DNA from: Chiloscyllium plagiosum
Lineage: Eukaryota
NCBI RefSeq assembly: GCF_004010195.1
Contig: NC_057718.1
Span: forward strand, 93,274,561 to 93,338,560
DNA: 64,000 bases
Direction of reading: 5' to 3'
A program made the translations under genes and the position numbers. The notes under the pieces were generated by a model, which saw only the letters and a list, made by a program, of their open reading frames with translations, searched no databases and had not been told where the DNA came from. Positions 36,136 to 49,985 of this stretch are shown here, piece by piece (the stretch's first letter is position 1; each line of letters begins with the position of its first letter).

Positions 36136-37540
36136 ATGCACATGAAATATTCACCACTCACGGATAGTGTACCTTGCATTCTTAAATTCTACTTTTATTT
36201 TAGAGGTCTGTATTTCTTTTTCTTTTTTTTTTGTCCTCTTCCATTAAGCCCAATGGATTGAAAACTGAAATTACAATATAATTCATGAGCTTCTTTCTTC
36301 TGAAAAGTAAACTGTACTTCGTGGTGTTTTCTAGCTCTGTGCTGCTACTTAGTTTTGCTCTTGCTGTAACAAACTGAATATGATCACTATAAGAAGTTAA
36401 CCATGCTGTCTGAATACTGCTCTAATAATAGTTCCAGCAAAACAAGATCTTGTGGTTTAAGCCAAAGAGACAGGCTTTGAATGCCAAAAGCCAAATCCCT
36501 ATAGTGAAACAGGACCCTTTCCCTTTCCCTAGCTCAAAGGCAACAATTTACAACATATACAACTTCAAAAAAGTGCCTTATCTCGACAGACATCACATAT
36601 AAATTATCCCACAAGAAATGACAGTTAAATGTTCAGTGTAATTAGGGTAATAATTACTAAGTTTGTATTTGGTGTGCTTAACAGCTGAATCTATTTTATC
36701 AGTAGTACTTTGACAGTTGCATGACGTGAAATGTTCCCTATTTAGCAGGCTAACTTCAGATTTACTGGATGCATTTGCAGGCTTTGCTTATAATTCCTGA
36801 GCATGACGAGCAATTATGAAGTATCCAGCGATGTATATATTATAATGAGGGAAAGCATGAAGTGAATCTGTGATTCTCTGTAGAAATGCTACTGCTTTTG
36901 TTCAAGTCTGCACATTGGCTTTTGATTTCAATCTGGATTGTACAGCCCCAAAGTGAAATATTGTGATCATCAATTCAGGTCACCAGAAATAGATACTGAT
37001 TTGTTGAAGTTGCCTACTGAAACTGGAGGAGAATTTCAGCCATTGATTTTACTGATGAATTGACTCTCTCAGCTATTAACTGCTTCCTTATTGTGGGCAC
37101 ACTATTTGTACTGTCATTTAAACAGATTGCGTGGATACATAAATTTACATATATTGTTGGACAAACAAAGGAGAAAAAAAAAGACATAAATTTATGCACA
37201 CTTGGCACTCTTTAAAGTCCTTTTGAAGTGTATTTACTGTTGTAGAGTATGGAATAACTACAATTTTTGTATTAAGAAACAAAAGGATTACCAATGGCTG
37301 CAAAACATTCCAGCATTTGAGTCCTTAAAAGACCTTAACGATAACAATATGTGACTGATTTGTTAGAAAGGGTGTTCTCCAGTTGGGATTCTTAAGATGA
37401 CCAGATGACATTACAAGTTTAGCTCCCAACTTAACTGTTCGTCAAAATTGGAAGTTGGTGCCAGATTTCACATCTGAAAGATGAACCATCTGGTACACAT
37501 GACACTTTGGCTCTTAAATGTGACATGCATCAAGTTACTG

Positions 37541-37800
37541 ATGGTGGCTCAATGTTTAGCACTGCTGCTTCACAACACCAGGGGCCTGGGTTCAATTCTG
37601 TATGCAGTTTGCACATTCTCCCTATGTCTTTGTGGGTTTCAGTTGGGTCCTCTGGTTTCCTCCCACAGTCCAAAAATATACAGGTTAGATAGATTGACCA
37701 TGGTAAATGCGGGGTTACAATGATAGGGTGTGATTCTTTTCAGAGGGACAGTACAGTCTGAATTGGCTGAATGTCCTCGCTCCACACTGTAGAGATTCTA
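37541..37800 (+). mobile_element. HE1 SINE (older)
   Basis: Head, V-domain and cacactgtagagattcta tail. Confidence 0.8.
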
Positions 37801-38504
37801 AGTAAAAAAATAAGATTCTAATGTTTGCAGTGTAGAATGGATATCCCTTTACAGGACAAATATTACTACATTATACAAAAGGAATATCTTCTCAGAACAG
37901 TACACTTGGATATGAAAAGGCCACGAGCAGTTTCAAACCTGTAATGTGAAGGATACACATGCACCTTATGACGGCTGGTAATAGTAACTGCTCACTATGT
38001 CTGTCAGTTTACTTCCGTGTGGAGTTTGACACCTCTCAGCAAATGAAGCTAAAGAAATTGATGCAAAATATCTTTGAAAGATAAAATTTTGCAGTTCGGG
38101 TACTTGGTGTCATTTGCTGTTTGTGAGTGCATCAATCAAAATACAATGACAAATTTCTCATTAATAGTAAGCCCATGTCATTAGCTATTTTTTGTCATTC
38201 CTCACCAAATAATATCCCATGACTTAAAGAAAGGATGGGGTGCTGAATTTGTCAAGCAATTGGAAGGAAGCATATAATCCGACCCCCATTTCCCATGGCT
38301 AATCCACCTTGCCTGAACATCCCCAGGCAATGTTCCATGCCCAATCCAACTAACCTGCACAATGACATTGGACTGTGGGAGGTTGAATGCTCTGCAGGAT
38401 GATGAACAGAATATTGGTCAGTCTTAATGCCATTTTGTATTAAATGCTGGCTTAAAGTGATAATTGAGGTTTGTTTGTCTTCCTTGCCAGAGTATAATGC
38501 ATAG

Positions 38505-38718
38505 TAGACAGCCAGGAGGCGAGAAGACCACAGCAAGTCAGGCGGCATCAGGAAGTGCAGAAGTCAATGTTTTGGGTGTAACCCTTCTTCAGGGTCAAGA
38601 AGGGTTACACCTGAAACGTTGACTTCTCCATCTCCTGATGCCACCTGGCTTGCTGTGTTCTTCCAGCCTCCTGCCTGTCTACTTTGGATTCCAGCATCTG
38701 CAGTGCTTTTGTCTCTAA
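38505..38718 (+). mobile_element. Short PLE (family C) fold-back insertion
   Basis: 17-bp TSD cagagtataatgcatag at 38488-38504 and 38719-38735. Arms of about 85 bp meet at hammerhead-like cores (aagaagggttacacctgaaacgtt). Confidence 0.85.
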
Positions 38719-39119
38719 CAGAGTATAATGCATAGATATTGTAATTTGGAGTCCCTAATGTTCCTTAAAGATGTTGTAGGTAGTTGTATCAATGAGATGC
38801 TCTATCTCATTGGATGGAGGTTGAATCTTCTAAATTACAATTTGACAGTAAATAGTGACATCCAGTGCCTCAACTGGCATTCCTCCCTCAATCAGTGCTC
38901 CATAGGTTGGATTTTCATTTCATTGCTGTACATTGGATTATTGTAAAATAGCTGCCGTAATTGAGTAGATATTCTGAGCTATAATAGATGCTTTTCCATA
39001 TCTTCATTTCTAATGTTTCTCATTTTTGCACGTTACCTGGAACTCAGGTTAAAATTGCAGAGGATGGATTAGTTTTTATCTTCAGCCAAATTGGCAAGCG
39101 ATACACGTAGTGACAGTCT

Positions 39120-39310
39120 TGGCTCAGTAGCTGCACTCTAATCTCTGAGTCAGAGATTGTGCGTGCTAGACATGCTGCAAACATTCTGACTGCATATTTG
39201 GGGCTGACATCTCAGTGCAAGAAGGAGTGCTACATTGTCGTCATTGCTGTCTTCTGGGTGCGACGTTAAAATGAAGCCTCACCTATCCTTTGGAGGTAAA
39301 AGTCATTACA
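39120..39310 (+). mobile_element. Deu-domain SINE 5' part
   Basis: ggctcagtag..ctctgagtcaga head, gctgacatctcagtgca..ggagtgctacattgtc..gacgttaaa. Confidence 0.6.
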
Positions 39311-39327
39311 TTGAACAGAGTAGAGGT

Positions 39328-39910
39328 TGATTTGATTTGATTTATTGTTGTCACATGTACTTCAATACGGTGATAAATTTTGTTTTGCAAGCAGTACAGG
39401 AAGATCATAATACTCAAGGATATACAGATTAAAGGGTACTTAGACAGAGTGAGGCATATAAGGTTATGGCTGCACAGGAGGTGCACAAAAGCAGGAGCCA
39501 CATTAGGTTTGAAGTTAGCGAGATCCATTCAGCAGTGTAATAACAACAGGGAAGAAGCTGTTCTTGAACCTGTGTTTAAGCTTCTGTATCTTCTGCCTGC
39601 CGTGAGAAGTGGGAGAGCATTACTGGAGTGCGATGGGTCTTTGATGATGTTGGCAGTCTTTCCAAGGCAGCGAGAAGTGTAACTGGAGTCCGTGGATGGT
39701 AGGCTGGCTTCCGTGATGGTCTGGGCTGCGCACACAACCTTCTATAGCTTTTTATGGTGCTGGAGAGAGCAGTTGCCGTACCAGGCCATTATACACCCAG
39801 ATAGAATGCTTTCTATGGGTACATCTGTAAAAGTTGGTGAGGGACTTTGTGGGCATACTGAGTTTCCTAGCCCTCTCCAGGAAGAACAGGCGTTGCCGTG
39901 CCTTCTCCAT
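39328..39910 (-). mobile_element. Rex1/Babar non-LTR retrotransposon 3' end
   Basis: KARQRLFFL..LTNFYRCT/IESILSGCIMAWYGNCS..IIKDPSH..GRRYRSL, tail gtgacaacaataaatcaaatcaaatcaa. Confidence 0.85.
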
Positions 39911-40196
39911 GGGTGCTTTTCATAGCGCTCTGGCCCACAGTTCTCTCCAAACCAATGTCTCTGAGATCCGGTCGTAATTTCATTGATGTTTCTGGAATCA
40001 TTTGCCCACATTACAGTAATGCCTGCGCTTTCAAAATCTGGGATGTCCGACAGGTGGGAAAGTGGCAATATAAATCCAGATTCATTTACGTAAACTCGAG
40101 GAGGCCAAGAAAGCTTCACGGCTGTGACTTGATTCAACTGAATTCACCTCTTGGCTGAACGATATTCTCTTCAAAATCCTAACTGCTTGCTTTGGT

Positions 40197-40690
40197 TTGT
40201 TCACAGGATGTGGGCATCATTGGTTCGGCCAGCATTGATTCCCCATCACTAACTGTCAGAGGACAAGTAAAAGTCAATCACATGGACGAGCTGGGCTCTG
40301 ATTAGATAAGATATGCCTGTCAATCATTACTGGAGTCATGTGTAGTTTACGCTTGGTAAGAATAGCAGATTTTCTTTCCTAAAGGGCATCATTTGATTTG
40401 ATTTAGTTATTGTCACATATATCTTGTTACAAAAGGCACTGAAAGGTGTTGTGTCACCACCTCATTCCCGTGTCATCAGAAAAATAAGCCAAAGCAAAGA
40501 ATATAAAGGCAGAAAGACAGTCCTTCTTATTTAGCTCTATCATGGGTCTGATGGCCATGTATAATTGTCATTCAAGGTTTGAATAAATTCAAACTTCACC
40601 ATCTGCTATGATGGGATTTGAACCCATTTTCCACAGTATATTAGTCTGGGCCTCTGAATTACTAGTGAAGTAGCATTACCACTCCACCTC
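40197..40690 (-). mobile_element. tRNA-derived SINE (second family) with a Rex-type tail inserted at about 40391-40560
   Basis: ttcacaggatgtgggcatc..tttcctaaagggcat, then atttgatttgatttagttattgtcaca, then resumes aattcaaacttcaccatctgc. Confidence 0.6.
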
Positions 40691-41179
40691 TTCCTTCCCA
40701 CAAAGACTGGATAGGAGCTGGACTCTGATTAAGTCAGGTCCTTTTCCAGTTAAGTCCTCAATCAAAAGAGTTGCGATCATTTATCTTTGAGGTCCCTAGG
40801 TCTCTCTGCTCAGTAAATGGTTTGAGCTCATGAATGCTCAAACTGTTCTTCTTGTGATAGATGGGAAGTAGTGCCGCTGCTGAATCTGGCACTTTGACAA
40901 ACAAAAAGAGAGCGAGCAGAAACATGCTGAGTGGCAAACTCCCCTTGTCCCTGCGGGAGAGCCATTTCAGTGCCCTCAGGGGAGCTACAAAACCTATTTG
41001 AGGAATGTGGAGCACTGACAGGATATGGTTTCAGTTGCCATGGGAGTCTTCCACTGCATTGTGATCATGTGGCAAAAGAAAAGCTAAAATCCTACCATTG
41101 AAAGAAATGAATTTTCCCTACCAGAAACAAATGCAGGGAGTCTGAACCAGAAACTTTTGAAATACTTGACTGTTCGTTC

Positions 41180-41505
41180 AGTGGCTCAGTAGTTAGCGCT
41201 ACTGCCTCACAGCGCCAGGTGTCTGGGTTTGATTCCACCCTCGGGCAACCGTCTGTGTACAAATTTCACATTCTCCCCATGTCTGCATGGGTTTGCTCCG
41301 GTTTCCTCCCACAATCCAAAGATGTGCAGGTTAGGGGGATTGGCCATGCTAAATTGTCGCACAGTGTCCAAGGATATGCAGGCTAAGTGGGTTAGCTGTG
41401 GGAAATGCAGGGTCACAGAGAAAGAGTGGGGGGCTAGGTCTGGGTGGGAGAGTCAGTGTTGATTTGATGGGCCAAATGGCCTGCTCCACACTGGAGCGGG
41501 TTCTA
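41180..41505 (+). mobile_element. HE1 SINE
   Basis: Head, V-domain and tail present. Confidence 0.85.
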
Positions 41506-41594
41506 AAATTCATTAACTGAGCTGTTTTGTCATGAGCTGTTTATTCACTGTGTTGGACCAGCTCTATTGGTATCAGGCAACTGAAGAATTTGTG

Positions 41595-41908
41595 AAGATT
41601 AATCCCACTTCAGTGACTGAGCACAAATTCTCAGCTGACACCACAGCACTGAAGGAGGCATGAGTCATTTTTGCTTTCTTCAATCAAAGAAGAATAAGAG
41701 AGAACGTTTTGTGTCCTGACTAGCATTTGTCCTTCAACCACTATCTACAAAAAGGATCATTGACTGTGATCACATTATGATCTTGGGAAAATTGGCTGCC
41801 CTGTTTGCTTCATTCCAACAGTGATTAAACTTCAAAAATACTTGATATTCTGTAATGTTCTGGGGCTTCCTGGAAGTTGTTGTAGGTCTGCAAAAGTCTT
41901 TCTTTCTA
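41595..41908 (+). mobile_element. Deu-domain SINE (degenerate)
   Basis: gtgtcctgactagcatttgtccttcaacca..aaattggctgcc..caacagtgattaaacttcaaaaatactt. Confidence 0.6.
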
Positions 41909-42329
41909 CAGTATAAAAAAATTAACTTCCTTACATTATTATTTCTTCTGAAGTCCTATTCAATATCATTTTTGATCTAAGTAATATTGGAATGTCAAAA
42001 TTACCATAGTCCTACTCCCTTATTGGAAGGGAATAATTTATGGTGGGTTTAATCTGAGACTTGCTATCCCTCAGGTGAGGGGGGGAAAGTTTGAGAAGAT
42101 GGGACTTTCCTGGTGATCTCACTTGGTATAGGATCACTCTTAGTGTCTTAGCATCACTCTGATATACAAACCAGCCATCCAGTCAACTTAGCTAACTAAC
42201 TCACTGAAGTACTGCAGCAGGCTTAGCAAAGTATTATCCCATGCCTGCAACTTGGACTCAAGATGTTTGTTGAAATGACATAATTATTAAGATAAATATG
42301 CTTCAGGAAGGCTTTTAGCTACAGGATTT

Positions 42330-44615
42330 ATATGGCTGGTCCTGTTCAATGGTAATCTCCAGGATGTTGACAGTGGGGGATTCAGTGATGGTAATGCCAT
42401 TGACAATCAAAGGATCACTCTTGTGGGGAATGCTCATTAGTTGCCACTTCTGTGGCATGAATATCAGTTGTCACTTCTCAGCCAACATCTGTATATTACC
42501 TTGGTCATATTGCCTTTGCGTGTGGATTGAGGAGTCGTGAATGGTGCCGAATGTTGTGCAATCATTCACAAACATCCCAACATCGGACCTTATGATGGAG
42601 AGAAGGTCATTGATGAAGCAGCTGAAGAGGGTTGAGATGAAGGCACTATCCTGAGGAACTCCTGCAGAGATATCCTGGAGCTGAGACCATTGGTCTCCAA
42701 CAACCTCAACCAACTTCCATTCTGCTGAGCTTGACTCCAACCAGCAGGAAAACTTCCCCTGATTCTCATTGATTCCAGCCTTGGTTGGAACTATCCTTGA
42801 GAAAGCCCTCAATCAAATGCAGTCTTCATGACAAGAGCTGTCACTCTCACTGTTGGAATTCAGTTCTTTTGTCCACATTTGTAATGTGGTCAGGAGCTGA
42901 GTGACCCATGTGGAACCCTACCTGGTCAGGGCTGTTGCTAAGAAAGTGCTTCTTGATGATGACACTTTCTATAACTTTACAGGTGATCAAGAGTGGACTG
43001 ATAGGGCCATAATTGGCAAAGTAATCATTATCTTGATTTGTCTTGCACACAGGATGTACCTGGGAATTTTTCACATTGGTGGCCATGTACAGAGGTACTG
43101 AAACTGCTTAGCTAGGGATGCAGCAACTGCCGGAGCACATGTTTTTAGTACTGTTGCCAGAATATTGTCAGGACCCAAAGCCTTTGCTGTATCCAGTGCC
43201 GTCAACCATTTCTTGATATCATGTGGAGTGAATTAAATTTTCTGAAGACTGGCATCTTTCTGGAATAAGCTGGCAATGTTCAGTCACTTGGCATTTCTGG
43301 CTGACGATTGCGATATAAAAGCTTCATCTTTACCTTTTAAAGCAATGAGCTGAGCTCTCCCATCATTGAATAAGGGGATGATTGTGGAAAGTCCTCCCCC
43401 ATTGTGTTGTTTAGTTGTCCATCACCATTCACAACTGAATGTGGCAGGACTTTGTTTTTATCCATTCATGGGATCAGGGAATTGTTGGCTGGTCTATGGT
43501 TTATCATCCATCTGTAACAGCCATTGAGAAGGTGATGGCAAGGTGCCCTTTTGAACCCCTGCAGTCCATTTTGTCCAGGAAGACCCATGATGTTATCAGG
43601 GAGGAAGTGGACTATAGATCTGATTCGTTGGTTGTCAAATCACTTAGCCCTGTCCATCATCTCTGCTTGTGCAGTTTGACAGGCAAATTGCCCTGTGTTG
43701 TAGCTCCACACGGTTGACACTTCATTTTTAGATATGCCAGGTGCTGCTCCAGGCATGTCCTCCTACACTCCTCTTTGAACCAGTGTTCATCCCCTGGCTT
43801 GATGGTAATGGTGGAGTTGGGGATATGTCAGACCATGAGGTTGTAGATTGTTTTTCAGTCCAATTGTGTTGCAGCTGACTGCCCATAGTGGCTCATGGAT
43901 GCTTAGTCTTGAGTTGGTTCTTCTGTTCAATGTCTATCTTACTTAGCTTGGTGATGGTGCCACCATTGATGGTGGGCATCGTCAATATGAGGATGGGACT
44001 TTGTCTACACAAGACTGTAGAGTGGTCACTCCTATGGGTACTGTCTTGGAGAGATGCATCGGTGGGAGGCAGTTGGGTGAGGATGAGGTCAAGTATGTTT
44101 TTCCCTCTTGTTGCTTGTCCTAACACCAGCTGAGTACTCAGTCTGGCAACCATTTCCTTCAGGACTCAACCAGCTCGGTCAGTAGTGGTGTTGCTGAGTC
44201 ACTCTTGGTGATGGACATTGAGGAGTATGCTCTGCGTCCTTACCACCCTCAGTGATTCCTCCAAATGCTTTTCAACATGGAGGAGAACTGATTCACCAGC
44301 TTTGGGGAGGGGCTGGGTATCAAGTGGCAATCAAATCTCATTGGTCATGTTTGACCTTTATCATGAGATTTCATGGGGTCCAGTGTCAATTTGGAGGACT
44401 CCCTCCTTGACTGTACACCAGTGTGCAGCCACCTCTGCCGGATCTGTCCTGCCGGAGGGGCAGGTCAAACTCAGGGATGGGAATGGTGGTGTCTGGGGCC
44501 TTGTCTGTGAGATATGATCCCCTGATGTCTGACTATTTCTTGATCAGTCTGTGAAAAAGCTCTTCCACTTTCAGGTATTAGACTCCAGATGCTTGTAAGG
44601 AGGACTTTGTAGGGT
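42330..44615 (-). mobile_element. Old CR1-group LINE: APE endonuclease plus RT, many stops and frameshifts
   Basis: TRGKNILDLILT..RSDHSTVL (APE C-terminus), ANYGPISPL, GVPQDS..LFSCFINDL..MFVNDCT (RT). A nested LINE tail lies at about 43455-43610. Confidence 0.88.
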
Positions 44616-45357
44616 CTTAAATTTCATGGTCCAATAGTTGGCACTTTTAGAGACTTCATCAGGATTTCATTGGTACTCTCTAACCCTGGTCAAATGCTAC
44701 AGATTGAACTGATGTGAGTAAATTATTTTCCACTTGAAAGTTCACTAATTGTAGCAGATATTCTGATGTCATACAAATGGTAATGTGTTGCATTCACTAG
44801 AAATTTTATTCTCTTTGATACAGTAGAAGGGAGAAATAGAGCTGTGTTTACAGCTTTACAGTCAGAAGATCATAGATGGGGATCAGATCAAAATAGCATA
44901 ACAGTATATGTTAAAAATTCCAGAGGGCTGGCTAACTTTTCCATGATTGACACAAAGCAATGGGTGTTAAGTTGATTGGAGCAAGTGTCAGATTTAGGTC
45001 AAGAAAAAAGGAAACAATAGTCAGGGATCAAATGCAGTTTATTAAACAAAAATACAAAGAAGACTGAAATAAAATGAGGGGGATGTATATTAAAAATCAA
45101 TGTGATAGCTCATGCAGCAATGAACATTGTATCTGGAAAATGCAATGGGAAGTGGAGGCAATCATTCTTACTAGGCAATCACAGAAATGTTACAGTGCAA
45201 AAGGAGGTCACTTGGCCCATCAGAAACTAGAACAACTGAAACATGTCACAGATAGTAGAGGACTGACCACATGACATTGAAAGGAATGTGAAGGAAAACA
45301 TTTGGGCTATGAGAGACAACATATTTGCAGGTGTTTTATCATGGAATAATTTTTCTT

Positions 45358-45700
45358 TTAATTCACTCACGGGATGAGGTTATCACTGGTTGGTCCAGCA
45401 TTTATTGCCCATCCCTAATGGCCAAGAGGGCAGTTTAAGAATCAACCACATTGGTGTGGGTCTGGAGTTATATGTGGGCCAGACCAGGTAAGGATGGCAG
45501 TTTCCTTCTTTAAAGGATATTAGCAAACTAGATGGGTTTTCCCCATCAGTTGAACAATGGTCAACATTAGACTCTTAATTTAAAAAAAAATTAAATTGAA
45601 ATTCCATTATTTGCCTTGACAGGATCTGAACCCGGGAACCCTAGAATTTTACCCAGGTCTCTGTATTAACAGCCCAGCAATAGCACCACTAGGCCACCAC
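45358..45700 (-). mobile_element. tRNA-derived SINE (second family)
   Basis: Reverse complement of the 10677-11000 type. Confidence 0.8.
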
Positions 45701-46509
45701 ATCTCCTACTGAAGCAGCTTCTTCAGATACCTTCTTGTCCTATCTTGCCATTTTATTCATGCCTTACATTCTTTTCTTTGGAGTGAATTAAGCACAATGA
45801 TAGTAAGAAACAGGCTGCGCTATCAATACCTTTCTGACAAATAAATAAAACTGCTTACCTCTCTTCAGTACTCATGTATGACTTTTATGAAAATGAGTAT
45901 TTCCTATTAACATCATCTTTGGATGGTCCATATAGTAGTTATCAGAGTAAGTGACATGATAATTGCTAATGAAAATCATTCAACATCTCTTGCCCAGAAA
46001 TAATTATGCATGTTGTGTCTTATTCCACGAGACAGGATATTTTTGGATATTTGAAAAAAAATCAAACTTTTTTTGAAAACTTTCTTTGTACTTCCCGATT
46101 TTTTTTCTATCTTATTTTAACTTTTCTTTCCCTCTCTTTATACCTTTTCCTGTATCTGATTTGAGATCAAATTCATGCACGCTAATCCACCTTGCTTCTC
46201 AGTGTTACCTGTGTTTCATCTTCAATTTGTAAACTCATTGATTAAAGCGATAGAATGCTAAATCTCGTTACTCACTCAGATCTGGGATGGCCCGTTGCCC
46301 AGGCTTACTATTATTGGATTACTTCCCAGCATCTTTAAGATGAAGACTTCAGGGGGGAAATGTTCTAACTGCGATGGAGCATGCCCTGAGGCATCTTCTC
46401 CAGAATTATGGCTTAGTATTGGCACGTTGCACAAAAAAAGACACAAAGACAGCAGAGTGCTAAGCAAACACTGAGCAATGTTCAATACTTGGAAGATACC
46501 AACAAAGGG

Positions 46510-46765
46510 GACAGGAGCTGGAGTAGACCGTTCGGTCCGTTGAACATGCTGCGCCATTCATTCAGGTTACAGCTGATCCTCTACCTCAATGCCAGTTTCC
46601 TGCCTACTTTCACGTCCCTTGGTATCTTTAGTAAGAAAAAAAATCTATTAATCTCTCAATGGATTGTCTTGAACATACTTAGTAGCTAAGTCACCATTCT
46701 GTGGGTTGAGCATTGCAAAGATTCACCCCTCTCTGAGCGATGAAATTTCTCCTCATCTCTGTCAT
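46510..46765 (-). mobile_element. CR1 LINE 3' fragment
   Basis: caggagctggagtagaccgttcggtcc..gaaatttctcctcatctctg. Confidence 0.7.
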
Positions 46766-47819
46766 CCTCCTCTCTGGTCTACTGTTTAGTTTGGAAGTGT
46801 GCTTAAAGGGAAAAGAGGTGAAATAAGACTGGTGACATTGAATGTATTTGTTTGAAATTCACCTCTGAATTTTAGCCAAAGAACCAACCTATTCAAGCAA
46901 ACAAGCAGAAAGAAAAGATTTCAAACAAACATGTAAAATGATGGTGTTGCAATGCCCTATCACACAGCTTTGATACAGTCATGTTTAAAAAGCAAATTTA
47001 CAATCAACACTTAAGCGCTCAAGCATTAACAAGTTGCTGGTGATACTAAAGGGCAGGTTTTACCTAAAAGAAATATATGTTAACATCACTGTTAGGTTAG
47101 GCAAATAGAAACTAGTAAGACATGGACAGTATGTCACAAATGAAAGGTTTTACTTAAGGGAGTTTACTCAAGAGATGTGGCGCCGTGAAACTCATAAAAC
47201 TCTAGGACGTTTAATAAGTACCAGCTAGTAAAAGCAGAACATGGAATCTTCAGGATACATCCAAGACTTTGAGTAACAGAATATTTATTGAGTAAATTGA
47301 TCCACATTAAAAGAAGAGGCTATAGATATCTCCAATAATGTTTAATAACTAGCTGGTAACGAGCAAATAAATGAGGAGCGAGTAATGACCACACACCCCA
47401 GGAGGAGTAACAAGATCTTAGAAATGGGCATTTTATAGTGTTCGGAAAGTGATTAAACAGAATAACGGGAATCACAGAAATTACAGGCAATCATGGGAGT
47501 ACATCTTTTATTCATATGGCTCATGAGTCAGCTGAAATCTGTATTCTAAATTGTTAACACCAAATTTTGCTTGAAATAGCTTCATTCAGAAGTGTAAGAA
47601 ATTCAGCCCAATGGGAATTAAATCAATGAAATGAGGATTTTGCTTCTTTATAGAGAGACCTCTATCTTTTATTTCTTGCAGGACTGAAGCTAAGGCAACT
47701 GCCAGTAGAGCGATATGCTGATAATCATGCTATGATGTGATTATAAAACAATAGGGTGATAATTGTATTTTAGCAAGATAAGTGCAGTCAAAACGGGAAG
47801 GGACAAATGACAAATGAGT

Positions 47820-48300
47820 AGAAGTCCAATGGAAATGATATTGTATTCTCAGGAACGGAGATTGTGATGAAGCTTTATAAAGCACTGGTTTGACTTTGAC
47901 TGCAGCATTGTGTCCGATTCTGAGCACTGTACTTTAGGAACAATGTGAAGGCTTGAGAGAGGGCGCGGATGAGAAATATTCTGGGGACTTCAAACATTTG
48001 AATTTTTTGGAGAAGCTGAGGGCGTTCTGAGAGAAAACGTGGTTGGAAAATGTGCTGGAAAACTGAAAGACACACATTAATACTGATTAGTAAAAGAACA
48101 AAAGTTGAGATGGGGAAAGCTTTTCAGAGCAGTGAGTGGCTAGGAGCTGGAATGTAATGCCCCAGAATGTAATGGTTTTCAAAAGGGAATTGAATTTTAA
48201 AAATGCAGGACCTCTGACAAAGGACTGCAGAATGGGGCTGAAAATGAGAGCTGCCACTGAATTGATGGTATGGATGGCTCTGTGTTATTCTATTCTATGC
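47820..48300 (+). mobile_element. Highly degenerate CR1 fragment
   Basis: ctttataaagcactggtt..cagcattgtgtccgattctgagcac (LYKALV..HCV.F). Confidence 0.55.
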
Positions 48301-48445
48301 TCTGATGCCCAACATATAAAGGCCAATGGTTTCTCCCAATTTCCTGTAGTGACATTCGGGAGAATATTTGCCTAGTTTGCCACTTGTAACATAATTGGTC
48401 ACTCTTGCTTCCCAGTCAGGAGGTTTTGGGTTCAGATCTCACTAC

Positions 48446-48812
48446 AGAATCATAGATCATACAGCATGCAAACAGACCCTTTCATCCAACCAGTCCATGC
48501 TGAACACAATCCCAAACTAAATTAATCTTGCCTCCCTGCTCCTGGCCCAATCCCAAACCCTTACTATTCAATTGTCTGTCCAAATGTCTTTTAAATGTTG
48601 TAATTGTACCCACATCCAACACTTTCTCAGGAAGTTCATTCCACATTCGAATCACCTTCTTGTGTTAAAAAAAAGCACCTTATGTCTTTTTTACATCTGT
48701 CCCCTCTCACCTTAAAAATGTGCCCCCAGTCTTGAAACTCCCCATCTTCGGGAAAAGACATTTACAGTCAATTCTATCTATTTTGCCCATTATTTTATAA
48801 ACTTCTGTCAGG
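48446..48812 (-). mobile_element. CR1/HER1 LINE 3' fragment
   Basis: DLTEVYKIMGKIDRID..LFPKMG, followed by a tail. Confidence 0.85.
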
Positions 48813-49149
48813 TCTTGAGTATGAAAAGAGTGCACAGCACTGTTGCTGCATAGTCTGACGGTTTGGTGAGCAGAATTAATCCTCCTTATTCTCAGACTGA
48901 TGTCTCCCGAAGGCAAAAGTTGCTTTGGTAATTCTACCTCGCGCCCTGCCAATACAAACAGCTGGAGAGAGTGTGCTGCTAGAGTAAGTGGATTTACCCA
49001 TTGGTGACAGCTCTGGTCATGGTTTGAAACCTTGAGATCGAGGTAAAGCTTTCCTAAAGAGTTACTTCAGTTTTATTTGTGTTGACCGGAAGGACAATGT
49101 CATTAGAGGGCAGGTCCCTGATACTTGTCCAGCTCTCAACTTTATTTTG

Positions 49150-49985
49150 TGGGATGTGAACATCACTGGCTTGACCAGCATTTATTGCCTAACCCTAATT
49201 GCCCAGAAGACAATTACATTGCGATGGGTCTGGAGTCACATGTAGACCAGAGCAGGTAACGGTGGCAGACTTTCTTCTCTCAAGGACACTAGTGAACCAG
49301 ATGGGATCGTGGTCATCATTAAACTCATTTCTAGAGTTTTATTTAATTCAAGCTTCACCATCTGCTATGGCAAGATATGAACAGGTCCCCAGAACAGTTC
49401 TGTTTGCCACATTACCAAAAGGATGTGGACGCTTTGGAGAAGGTGCAGAGAAGGTTTACGAGGATGTTGCCTGGTATGGAAGGTGCTAGCTATGAAGAGA
49501 GGTTGAGTAGGTTAGGTTTGTTTTCACTAGAAAAAAGGAGATTGAGGGGGGAACCTGATTGAGGTTTACAAAATCATGAAGGGTATAGGTAGGGTAGATT
49601 TTTCCCAGAGTGAAGGATTCAATAGCGAGAGGTCATGCTTTCAAGGTGAGAGGTGAAAAGTTTAAGGGGGATTCACATGGCAAGTACTTTACACAGAGGA
49701 TGGTGTGTGTCTGGAATGTATTGCTGGCAGAGGTGGTAGAGGCAGGCACAGTAGATCCATTTAAGATGCATCTGGACAGATGCATGAGTAGGTGGGGAGC
49801 AGAGGGATACAGGTGCTTAGGAATTGGGCGACAGGTTTAGACAGTAGATTTCGATCGGCTCAGGCTTGGAGGGTTGAGGGGTCTGTTCCTAGGATGTAAA
49901 CTTTCTTTGTTATTTGTTCTTTAACATTTCCTGGGTCTCTGGATTAATAGTCTAAGTGATAGTCCCATTAGGCCATCACTTACCC
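49150..49985 (-). mobile_element. tRNA-derived SINE (second family) split by a CR1 insertion
   Basis: ..ggtccccagaaca at 49396 resumes as aacatttcctgggtctctggattaatagtc at 49923. Confidence 0.7.
49397..49922 (+). mobile_element. CR1 LINE 3' fragment
   Basis: PHYQKDVDALEKVQRRFTRMLPG..RGHAFKVRGEKF. Confidence 0.92.

Noticed and set aside
47640..47740. Strong splice-acceptor-like ttttatttcttgcag
   Set aside because: All frames stop within about 20 codons, with no donor or homology. Similar isolated acceptors at 631, 6272, 34610 and 51319 are also unsupported.
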